Shown here piece after piece: positions 49,740-60,209 of a stretch of 60,209 nucleotides of DNA. The notes beneath the pieces are model-generated. The model worked only from the letters and a program-made list of their open reading frames with translations, had not been told where the DNA came from and made no database searches. Each line of letters opens with the position of its first letter. The stretch's first letter is position 1. Source of the stretch: Octopus bimaculoides (taxonomy: Eukaryota); the NCBI RefSeq assembly GCF_001194135.2, contig NC_068982.1, forward strand, positions 97,004,688 to 97,064,896, written 5' to 3'. The translations under genes were made by a program, and so were the position numbers.

Positions 49740-50600
49740 CAAAAGATGTTGATTGACAGAAAACTTAAAAGACTGGATGTCATAGACCAGAGGAAAACAA
49801 GACGATGGTCTTCATTTCCAGAAAGCAACAGTTCGAGGAAAGAAGTTACTATAATAAAAAGACCTATGGACTAACAAGAATCTCAACAGAGAAGCGATGC
49901 TCCTGAGAAGAGAAGCGGGTGACACGTTTAAAAGTGTTGACAGAGGTTACTAGACCAGAAAGCTCATCAGTGCAATGACTATGAAAATGCTTATAGAAAA
50001 AAACAAAAACAAAAAAAGTACATTTTGTCGATAAATCAAAGACTCCAGTCCAGTAGACAAAAGAGGATCAACTCGATTCTGAATTCTATCAAGCAAGTTA
50101 AGACACTCAGCTCAAAGATGACAACAATATTCAATGCAAGGTCAAATGGTGACATTGTAGAGATAAAAGATAATCTTTGGAGTAAGACATTTGCGAGAAC
50201 AGAAGAGGAATCCGGTTTTCTTGGCATCTGACATAGCAATAGACTGAATATATTTGTTCCAAGAGAGATCCTTGGTCAAAGTCAAACCAATAAGTCGGAT
50301 GCTGTAGCTTTCTGGAAGATCAAATTCACCGATAGCAATGGAGGTAAGTGATGACTGACTATAATGATTAATTGCCAAAAGCTTTGTCATGCTAGCATTT
50401 AAAAGTCACCAGACAGTTACAACCCAACTCCATGAACATGCGAAGATAATCATGAAATGTAGCTTGCTCAAGGCTACTAGTATTGTCAGGACAGGTGTAA
50501 ACAGTGGTATCATCGGCATAGATAGCGAGTTTAGAAATAAGGTCATTAATGAAGAAGAGAAAAAGAGTAGGGCCATGTACAGTACCTTGAAGCACTCCAG
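49740..50600 (-). mobile_element. CR1/Jockey-like LINE 3' portion
   Basis: QGTVHGPTLFLFFINDL, YADD, LGLTLTKDLSW-like, IEYCCHL and FFPRT motifs on the minus strand. Confidence 0.8.
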
Positions 50601-50859
50601 TATTGATAGCTTATGACTTTGACTGCCAACCGTCAAAGACCACCTTGATTTTGCGATTTGAAAGAAACGACTTCTTGATGTTAAGGAAAAGTTCAGAACT
50701 TATGGATCAGCCCAGCGTGCAACGCTCTGTCAAAATAATTAATAAAGAAGTATTTAGGAATCAGTTCAGCCCTGTCTTAAAGTTGTGAAGAGCCGGAAGA
50801 AATGCCGCTAAACATTCTGTCCGATGCGCTAGCAATTCTTCAAAGCTCACGTGACATCG

Positions 50860-51035
50860 GCAATGGAATATTGTTCCCACATCTCAAACTGCATCTAAAA
50901 ACACATTCCAAACTGCATCTTAAAAGGAAACCATCTATCTGTTTGGTAAATAGTCACTCATCTATACACTTCAGCTTCTTGTTCAGAGACAAACTATCTC
51001 CTCTTTCTATCTACTACATCGTTACTACAATGATC
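50860..51035 (+). mobile_element. Second LINE C-terminal fragment in the opposite orientation
   Basis: atggaatattgttcccacatc = MEYCSHI, the same conserved motif as IEYCCHL in the adjacent copy. Confidence 0.5.
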
Positions 51036-52021
51036 TATACTTTTTTAAAAGTAGTTAATTGCATATAAGCTATTTCTAAGGAACCAAACTCATTGAAACC
51101 CCGTCCTCATCCAGGTTTACTCTGTAACCGCTAACAAACATATGTTAGAGTTGAATATCAACCATATTGATCTTAGCAACCAAGGAGGGGAGCAAATGTC
51201 TTGGTTTCTGCTCCTTTCTCCAAATTAAGACAAAAATAAGCCATTATCAACAGCTTCAGCAAAAACTACTGTAGAATGAAAGATAATTAAGGACCAACGT
51301 TAAGAACGATCTTATTTTTTTATTGCTATCATGTTATTATAATCTCAACATTAAAAAAAGTAACGTAAGTTATCTTCTGGGTTAATAAAATTTCTATGTG
51401 GACTTGCACTGTAAACAGTGCATTACTTCGTTTTTGCTTTCCTTCAAAAATTCCAGTGTTTTTAGGGACTTGGAGGTTGTTTTGTTAGATGGGGATAAAT
51501 AGTTAATTAGACCATAATCTACAATTTCATTTTATAGATATCTGAAGGATACGAAGTAGAGTTAACATAAATTAGATTTAAAATGAGAACTGGGAGCCAT
51601 TGAATTAGATACAGTCATCTTGGATAACCGATACGCTCACGTTGGTAATATAGGTAAAATTATTACAACATAAAAATTCATTGAATGCAGAGCTCTATTT
51701 TCATTAGACATTTAGACAACTCACCGTTACAGATTAAGCCTACCGTCTATAATATTGAACAGTGCTTTCTGTAATTCCATTTTTATTTTAAAGTAGTGAC
51801 TGGCCATCTGGTAAATAACATTTTTGCAACCTCCTCTAACCGACACTGAATACAGTAATGCATCTATTTGAGAGTACAGTGGAGAAATAGATAAGTTCAG
51901 TTACTGTGATGAGTGATGGCTTTAATATTTCGAACCCTTGCTCTTTGTGAAGAAGATGAAGAAGATGAAATTGTGAAGAAGTGAAGAAGATGAAATTGTT
52001 TCAGACGTTGTGAGCGATATA

Positions 52022-52520
52022 CACTGCGTCCAACATTATTAGGCAAATCAATCTTCTCTCAATAAATAAATGCATATTCGTTCAAAACCAGTTGTTTTCC
52101 CACTGACTGTTGGCAACACCTATCTGCGCACATTCTGTTAAAATAAACCGGATCTGCGCAGGCGCCAATAAATGACGGCCATTTTTGTGATTGGGCAACA
52201 TTTTCACCGTCACAAATTATTAGGCAAGTATAATAAAAAGGATAATTGTGTCAGAACAAACGTTTATTTAATTCAATAGTAAAGGTTCCAACAATAACAA
52301 TAACGGTTCCAACAATTACACAATATCACCTTTTTTTTATCATCTTCACTCTCAGCCAAACAGCGATGGTCTGAAACATGGTCTCTACAAATTTTCTAAC
52401 GAAATTATAAAAACCTTTAATATACTTTGTAGTATATCATAGTTGTATTCGAAATACGGTGTCCTTAGATGTCATTAATAAACGTCTTCATTCCCGCAGT
52501 AATTGTGGTTCTTATAACAG
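52022..52520. mobile_element. Tc1-like IR/DR terminal region
   Basis: TA-cactgcgtccaacattattaggca, with attattaggca repeated near 52217. Confidence 0.4.
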
Positions 52521-53344
52521 TTTTCACTCCGTCTGTTCATCTTTAATCATTACACAATCGTTACATAATTAATTTGGAGATTCAATTCCTTTAAAAATCT
52601 GCCTTTGAAAATACAGGCCAACATCCAGAAACCAAGCTTCCTTCTAACTATCCTAAGTTGATCTTGCTCATTGTGACCAATACTGTGTGACGCATATGAC
52701 AGAGACACAAACTATGAAACATCTAAGCTGTAAATGTTAACATTTACAAGAAATGTATTGAATCACTTTTCACAATAAAATTTGTATACCCAGGCAAGTA
52801 TTAAACAAAATCTTTTTTACTTGGGATGTGTGGTGAATTTTTTGAAGAGGATCCAAAACGTGTGACGTGGGTGACATCGCAAAAAATAACTTCCCACCTG
52901 CAAATATTAACAGCTAATTCCTCTAAATTTCTTCAGAGCAGCATAAACGGCTTCCTGGTGTTTGTTGACATTGGCCTTTAAATTAAAAAAAAATGCTAAT
53001 GATTTTGCTGGACAACAATGTCTGTGGTCACATTTCTCATTTACTTGGTGTGACGTGCGTGACATTATCAAGACAAATATTTTCTGCATCGTCCAAATAG
53101 TGTCAATCTGGAACAAACTGCTCCAGCATCGATATCTAGTCGTAAATGAACCGTTTCAACATACCTCTTTACAGGTATATCTTTTATCTTTTTACTTGTT
53201 TCAATCACTGGACTGTGGCCATGCTGAGGCACCACATTAAAAGATATTTAATCAAATGAATCGACCCTACACTCACCCACTAGTTATGCATTTTTAAAAT
53301 CCTGCTAATTATTTTATCGATCTCTTTTGTAGAACACAAGTTGT

Positions 53345-53578
53345 CAAGCGGTAGTGTGGCAGAAACGTTAGCACGCCGGGCGAAATGCTTAGCGGTATTT
53401 CGTCTGCCGTTACGTTCTGAGTTCAAATTCTGCCGAGGTCGACTTTGCCTTTCATCCTTTCGGAGTCGATAAATTAAGTACCAGTTACGTACTGAGGTCG
53501 AGGTAATCAACTTAATCCCTTTGTCTGTCCTTGTTTGTCCCCTCTATGTTTAGCCCCTTGTGGGCAATAAAGAAATAA
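53345..53578 (+). mobile_element. SINE family B nested in a minus-strand family A SINE (53185-53775)
   Basis: Intact family B sequence lies between the tail and head pieces of family A. Confidence 0.8.
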
Positions 53579-53586
53579 GTGTAGGA

Positions 53587-53648
<62 letters not shown>

Positions 53649-54149
53649 ATCGACACATAAAGCTTTGGTCGGCCAAGGACTGTAGTAGAAAACACTCACC
53701 TAGGGTGCCACGAACTGGGACTGAACCTGGAACCTTGAAGTCGGGGGAAGTAAACTTCTTACTTCACAGCCACGCTAAGTGATTTTTTCTGAGCATTCTA
53801 AATATGTTTGCAAACCTGTTTTAGTTTCATGAGATTTGCAAACCTGTTTGAGTTTCATGAGATTGTATCATCTCCACCTTGCAACCCCCCTATCTAAACT
53901 GTTGATAAGTCAGCCGTGTCTGCAATGTTGAGAATTTTTCTAAGAGGTTACGAGTCTTCACTCATATTAATGAGTGAATTACTTTAAGACGTTCGACCAT
54001 CTGATCTTTGCCGGAATCTAAACAATTATCCGATATACTGATATATCGTTGCTACCTTCAGTTATGTAGGGGCACCAATACGTAACGCCTGGATGGATAA
54101 GCATTTAACGGACAACTGTCAGGCTTCTGTTATTATACTCGGGACTTGT

Positions 54150-54425
54150 TGTTGTTGTTGTTGGCACTCCGTCGCTTACGACGTCGAGGGTTGCTCGTGA
54201 AATTAACTTGCTCGTGAAATTAACGTGCAAGTGGCTGAGCACTCCACAGACACGTGTACCCTTAACGTAGTTCTCGGGTATATTCAGCGTGACACAGTGT
54301 GACAAGGCTGACCCTTTGAATTACAAGCACAACAGAAACAGGAAGTAAGAGTGAGAGAAAGTTGTGGTGAAAGAATACAGCAGGGTTCGCCACCATCCCC
54401 TGCCGGAGCCTCGTGGAGCTTTAGG
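54150..54425 (-). mobile_element. SINE family C (runs into gap)
   Basis: Near-identical to 47436-47705; (aac)n tail. Confidence 0.8.
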
Positions 54426-55501
54426 NNNNNNNNNNNNNNNNNNNNNNNNNNNNNNNNNNNNNNNNNNNNNNNNNNNNNNNNNNNNNNNNNNNNNNNNNNN
54501 NNNNNNNNNNNNNNNNNNNNNNNNNNNNNNNNNNNNNNNNNNNNNNNNNNNNNNNNNNNNNNNNNNNNNNNNNNNNNNNNNNNNNNNNNNNNNNNNNNNN
54601 NNNNNNNNNNNNNNNNNNNNNNNNNNNNNNNNNNNNNNNNNNNNNNNNNNNNNNNNNNNNNNNNNNNNNNNNNNNNNNNNNNNNNNNNNNNNNNNNNNNN
54701 NNNNNNNNNNNNNNNNNNNNNNNNNNNNNNNNNNNNNNNNNNNNNNNNNNNNNNNNNNNNNNNNNNNNNNNNNNNNNNNNNNNNNNNNNNNNNNNNNNNN
54801 NNNNNNNNNNNNNNNNNNNNNNNNNNNNNNNNNNNNNNNNNNNNNNNNNNNNNNNNNNNNNNNNNNNNNNNNNNNNNNNNNNNNNNNNNNNNNNNNNNNN
54901 NNNNNNNNNNNNNNNNNNNNNNNNNNNNNNNNNNNNNNNNNNNNNNNNNNNNNNNNNNNNNNNNNNNNNNNNNNNNNNNNNNNNNNNNNNNNNNNNNNNN
55001 NNNNNNNNNNNNNNNNNNNNNNNNNNNNNNNNNNNNNNNNNNNNNNNNNNNNNNNNNNNNNNNNNNNNNNNNNNNNNNNNNNNNNNNNNNNNNNNNNNNN
55101 NNNNNNNNNNNNNNNNNNNNNNNNNNNNNNNNNNNNNNNNNNNNNNNNNNNNNNNNNNNNNNNNNNNNNNNNNNNNNNNNNNNNNNNNNNNNNNNNNNNN
55201 NNNNNNNNNNNNNNNNNNNNNNNNNNNNNNNNNNNNNNNNNNNNNNNNNNNNNNNNNNNNNNNNNNNNNNNNNNNNNNNNNNNNNNNNNNNNNNNNNNNN
55301 NNNNNNNNNNNNNNNNNNNNNNNNNNNNNNNNNNNNNNNNNNNNNNNNNNNNNNNNNNNNNNCTCTACATTGATTGTATGTTTTTATTTTTTTTAAAATT
55401 TATTATATTAATATATTTGTCTGCATGTGTTTACTTTATGCGTATTCCAGTATTATGTATACCTGTCATGTATTTGTGTACATCATTAATATGTAAGTGC
55501 C

Positions 55502-55532
<31 letters not shown>

Positions 55533-56507
55533 AGGGGGTGTCCGTCTCCAAAACTCCAAAGTTGAGTAACATTTTCATGCTTGGATTTGTAAACTACGAT
55601 AAGAATAACACTGGTCAACAAAGAATTTGTCCTAAGAAAAAAGAATACCTATTTCATATATGTTTTTGGAGGCAGAATTCAAAAATAATATCAAATTATC
55701 TATACTAAGTTCACCGTAATCAAAATTCAGAGTTGCATTGATACACCAAAATTGAAAGCAATCTGAGCAAAATTAAAGTGGGATCATTTTGCGAATGAGA
55801 AAGACTAGATCCAACAAGGAACTAAGCAAAATTAAAGGGGGCTCATTTTGCGAATGAGAAAGACTAGATCCGATAATTTATTCTGCAACTGTTACTGTCC
55901 CCTAATTGTTCACCCATCACCTTACATGCAGGACATTTCACCAATACCGAATACATGTTAGCGTTGGAGAGATATATGTCTTGAGAAATTGGCTTCTCTT
56001 TTATTTTTATTATCACTCTTACTACTTAGGGCGGCCATCTGGTACAGTCGTTAGCATGCCATACAAAAATACTTCGTGACATATCTTCTGGCTATATGTT
56101 CTGGGTTCAAATTCCGCCGAGGCCGACTTTACCTCTTATCCTTTTGGAATCGGAAAAAAAAAAAAAAAAAAAATACCAAGTGAGCACAACATAATCAACT
56201 AGACTCTTCCCCAAAATTTCAGGCCTAGATAAAATATTTGGCAGCAATATAAATATCTGGATTAGGACCATGAACTGTGGAGGAACACTGTGTATTGGTT
56301 ACATATTGTCGTTTTGTTTAACTTACCTCTATCTGCGCTTCACTCCATAATCCTCAATCAAAAAGTCTTCCGCCAAGCGAGTGACTACCTAGCAAAAAGC
56401 AAGCGTAGTAGCGTCTAACACCATTAGAAACTAAAAGGTATTCCTCAGAAATACTCAGCCTATGTATCTTTTATCTTTTATCTTTTACTTGTTTCGGTCA
56501 TCAGACT

Positions 56508-57194
56508 GCGGCCATGCTGGGTCACCATCTTGAAGAATTTTTAACCGAATGAATCGACCCAGCATGGCCGGGTCACCATCTTGAAGAATTTTTAACCGAA
56601 TGAATCGACCCGGCCATGCTGGGTCACAACCTTGAAGAATTTTTAACCAAATGAATCGACCCGGCCATGCTGGGTCACCGTCTTGAAGAATTTTTAACCG
56701 AATGAATCGACCCGANNNNNNNNNNNNNNNNNNNNNNNNNNNNNNNNNNNNNNNNNNNNNNNNNNNNNNNNNNNNNNNNNNNNNNNNNNNNNNNNNNNNN
56801 NNNNNNNNNNNNNNNNNNNNNNNNNNNNNNNNNNNNNNNNNNNNNNNNNNNNNNNNNNNNNNNNNNNNNNNNNNNNNNNNNNNNNNNNNNNNNNNNNNNN
56901 NNNNNNNNNNNNNNNNNNNNNNNNNNNNNNNNNNNNNNNNNNNNNNNNNNNNNNNNNNNNNNNNNNNNNNNNNNNNNNNNNNNNNNNNNNNNNNNNNNNN
57001 NNNNNNNNNNNNNNNNNNNNNNNNNNNNNNNNNNNNNNNNNNNNNNNNNNNNNNNNNNNNCTTGAAGAATTTTTAACCGAATGAATCGACCCGGCCATGC
57101 TGGGTCACCGTCTTGAAGAATTTTTAACCGAATGAATCGACCCGGCCATGCTGGGTCACCGTCTTGAAGAATTTTTAACCGAATGAATCGACCC
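56508..57194. repeat. 51 bp tandem array derived from a SINE A tail (gap inside)
   Basis: Unit cggccatgctgggtcaccgtcttgaagaatttttaaccgaatgaatcgacc on both sides of the N run, preceded by the SINE tail at 56470. Confidence 0.9.
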
Positions 57195-57225
<31 letters not shown>

Positions 57226-57529
57226 GAGTGAAGAAAGAAAAGAGGAAGAAGTAGAGAAAGGTGATTAATATCAATACACTTAGACCAAATGGCCACATGG
57301 TCAGCTGCAGGTAGTGCCGAAGAACGAGAGAAAAAGACAACGAGAGAAGTGTATGATGTGCGGTAAGGTGGGGAAAGAATACTCATTACGTGGTTAAAAA
57401 GTTAGCTGAAGGGAAAGGTAGATAAAGAGAGATGGACAGGGGAGGCAGTTATATTGAGAGAGAGAGAGAGAGAGATAGTGATGGTGGTGTGTTGGTAGTG
57501 AAAAGTATTTTTTATTGAATTAATTTTTT

Positions 57530-57888
57530 TATAGCGACAATCGCTTAAGCGCAATTATTTATCGTCTGATCGCTTAAAAAATTCATATTTGTTTATAAGG
57601 ATTAATTTAGCCTAAACTCTGGATTCACAAGAAGCACGATTGCAAGCTGCCCGAGAAAGGATGCGCAGATATAGAGTACAGATCAGAGAGGAACAGCGAG
57701 AAAATATAATAAAAAGAGGAAAAAGGCAACACTGACGAAGACGTGAGGAAATTAATGTAGACGAACGTCAAGAATATTTAAAGAAAACTAAACTATGAAT
57801 GATATAAAAAAGCAAACCATCCTTTTTTTTCTTAAATAGGTCCTCTTAATTTTTTCCATTCCGTGGAATTTCCACGGGTCCCACTAAT
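57530..57888 (+). mobile_element. Helitron-like 3' end
   Basis: Hairpin ccgtggaa-t-ttccacgg (57861-57877) followed by CTAAT (57884-88), which is CTRR-like. Confidence 0.5.
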
Positions 57889-57984
57889 AACGTTGAAAAT
57901 GATAAATCATTTGGAGGGATTTATAAAAAAAATACATACTTTTTCATTATGAAGCTGTTTTGAATATAACGAAAAGTTTTAACA

Positions 57985-58146
57985 TAGAAATAATACATTT
58001 CTAAATCTCTCAGAGAGATTTATGCAGTAGTGATGCGATAAAGTAGTTGTATGCTGTCAACTTAATGTGACAGTCCCATGAAGGGAATAATACTACTGCT
58101 ATTTAGCCCTAGGAAGCAACACCGCTTCCTGTCGGCCTTGACACAT
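57985..58146 (-). mobile_element. Truncated dispersed copy of the element-3 unit (no ribozyme)
   Basis: Near-identical to 38260-38415. Confidence 0.85.
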
Positions 58147-58329
58147 TAAGGATCACGATAATCAGTCAGCTACCCTAGCCTAGTCGTTACTACTCCCCAA
58201 TGTAGGATTCTTCACCATACAGGTGACAGGCACAGTTGTAAGATGCATTACGGATCTATAGCAATTGGAATAACGACCCAATTGAAATAACGACCCAATT
58301 GAAATAACAACGTGTGACGTTTGGAGTAA

Positions 58330-58980
58330 AGGGAAATGAAAGTGTCGCCTCTGGAGTTTACAAATGACCACTATATCGATAGGTAACTGTGCAGAAAAAA
58401 TTTACAACCAATAAATGTTTTAGAACAACCAATCACTCATCTGAGAAAATATCTGTCATTACAGTATCGAAATGTGATTGTTTCAGTTTTAATACTGAGA
58501 CAGTGGAATAGTTTCATTTTTGAAGTGATTGAATGAAATGTTTGACTGTCAATGTGAAAGTGACTTGTACAGAGGAATTGTGTTGGAAAGTACGCATGTA
58601 TATGTATATGTGTGCATTTATGTAGGATTGGTATTGTGTCTGTTTCTTTTACTGTCAGTGTTTCTCCTTCCTTTCTTTTTGTATTTGTTGTTGGATCGTT
58701 CGTAAAGGTTCATAAGAGAAAGTAGGAGTTGAAAGGATTTATAAAGGTAGTAGAAAGAAGAAATTAGATTTTATTAGAGGGGAAAATGTTAATTTGTGTA
58801 GTTTTATGGATTTTATTCGTAATTGGGAGTTATTTTGATGGAAAAATGACGCTGTGACCTAAGTTATGGTATTTAGAATGTTAATTCCGATTCTTTCATC
58901 CAAGAAATTTGGAATTGTGTAAATGTATGAATTTTAAACATATACACATACACAGAAAATCTGCCTTTTATAGATAAGAT
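58330..58980 (-). mobile_element. Helitron-like element 5' part
   Basis: Minus-strand start a|tcttatctataaaaggcagattttctgtgtatgtg. Confidence 0.4.
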
Positions 58981-59296
58981 TCATATATTTGAACGTAGCA
59001 GATAATAGCTAACTTTTGGGCACTATTTGGACCCTGCGTTGTGTCCACCACTCTAATTGGTTGGTATTGGCGCCAATATGCAACCTAACCAATCGAAGTC
59101 TCTAAATAAGATCACGTGAGACAGTCTATTCACAATCCAATTTGAGCCTACTGTTACTTATAAAAATTCAACTTCTCCGCGTCTCGGAGTCTTTTGGTTC
59201 CAGACCTTCCAGACCACACAACATTATTTCAGCCTTCTGATATGAGCCGTTATTAGATAGTTACACTGCACACGCACCACGGACCACTATCTATAA

Positions 59297-59312
59297 TGGT
59301 GACCCCGACGTG
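59297..59312 (+). mobile_element. tRNA-Trp primer-binding site of an LTR retrotransposon remnant
   Basis: TGGTGACCCCGACGTG is 16 nt complementary to the eukaryotic tRNA-Trp 3' end. The upstream 59050-59120 region has CCAAT and CACGTG motifs. Confidence 0.6.
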
Positions 59313-59399
59313 GAACACATCACCTTGACCATCCATACCTTTTTCACTTTCAGCCGTAGCCATAGTTTCAGTGCATAAAGGAAGCGCTTCTCGCGATGC

Positions 59400-59665
59400 A
59401 AAGCATAAACATCGTACAGTGTCCATAAAAGTTGAACTGTTGAAAAAACTTGACAGCGGTGTGTCTAAAAAGGTAATGTGAATTATACAACGTAGGATCT
59501 TCGACAATTTACAACCCCCCTCCCCCAGAAAGACCAGTTACTCTGTTCTTTGCTAACGGTGAGTCAAAGAAACAATCGATAATCGATAATCCGTCAAAAT
59601 CACTAATCCGACACTCTCTAGGTCTCAGCGATGCCGGATAATCGGCAGTTAACTGTAGTTCAAAG
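59400..59665 (+). mobile_element. Tigger/pogo transposase N-terminal HTH remnant with a 3' TIR-like end
   Basis: KHKHRTVSIKVELLKKLDSGVS...YNVGSSTIY; ends ccggataatcggcagttaactg-TA. Confidence 0.65.
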
Positions 59666-60209
59666 CTTAGAGAAAGAAGCGGTCTTGGGTGGGTTGTTAT
59701 CAAAACCGTTGAATGATATATCAAAAGTTTATCTTATATTCTGCAGCACCAGCGAATTATTCCTACATACACGTTTTCTATATCAAAATTATCTGGGGCT
59801 ATAATTAAAGACACTTGCCCAAGGAGCCATGTGGTTGGGAAGCAAGCTTCTGGATCTAGTTCAAAACGGGGGCGCCAGTATTTTCTTAACGAAACACTTT
59901 GAAACTTGGGACACTGGTAGAATGTGTCATATAAAACATCTTTTTCTCTTAGTCTTCTTAAGAAAAATTATTATATTGCAACTTATTTCATGTTAAAGTT
60001 GTCGCATTTCTGTAATTTCAACCAATGACTGACGTCCATTCAGCCGAGTACAGTAAGTGCTGACTACGTAAACAAACGATTCTCAAACGATTCTGGCGGT
60101 GATAAAATTATTATTTCCTTGTCAAAAAATGGCTGAAGCATATTGGCAGTAGCTAATAAACCTTTCTATTATAGGCACAAGGCCTGGTTTTTGAGGGAAA
60201 GGTTAGGGT

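Noticed and set aside
52800-53170. Coding-like CpG-containing segment, possibly a transposase remnant
   Set aside because: I could not assign any motif with confidence.
1338-55530. Numerous [12 protein letters not shown] and X-filled ORFs in the ORF track
   Set aside because: They are translations of microsatellites or N gaps, not genes.
57733-57765. CTGACGA...GAAA hammerhead-like words
   Set aside because: No stem I or stem II pairing.
42695-58310. Short tandem duplications (42700, 53800, 54190, 55770, 58262)
   Set aside because: These 2-3 copy slippage-type duplications have no shared motif, so they are not treated as a system.
1-60209. Autonomous Penelope RT/GIY-YIG partner for the ribozyme elements
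   Set aside because: None is visible in this window; all RT remnants seen are LINE-type, so the PLE link remains an inference.

Overview
AT-rich, repeat-dense animal genomic DNA with assembly gaps. It is most likely octopus, inferred from recalled SINE, RTE and microsatellite content rather than a database search. There is one clear gene: a single-exon cysteamine (2-aminoethanethiol) dioxygenase, ADO, at 3593-4351 (+). A weaker candidate is a spliced minus-strand gene starting near 29.3 kb, with a signal-peptide-like N-terminus; it borders a CpG-depleted domain at about 5-28 kb. The rest is mostly transposon debris: tRNA-type SINEs, RTE, CR1-like and RLE LINEs, mariner/maT/Tc1/Tigger, a Chapaev-like remnant, Helitrons (one long Rep fossil split by a MITE), and LTR/PBS remnants. 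The most notable signal is four short non-coding fold-back elements (about 1.8-2.1, 2.3-2.7, 35.8-36.5 and 38.3-39.0 kb). Three carry recognisable minimal type I hammerhead ribozyme folds and the fourth a degenerate one. Two have an inverted-arm plus partial-tandem layout with 314 and about 369 nt units, as expected of non-autonomous Penelope-like or retrozyme-type elements. All motifs were read by eye, and ribozyme activity is untested.
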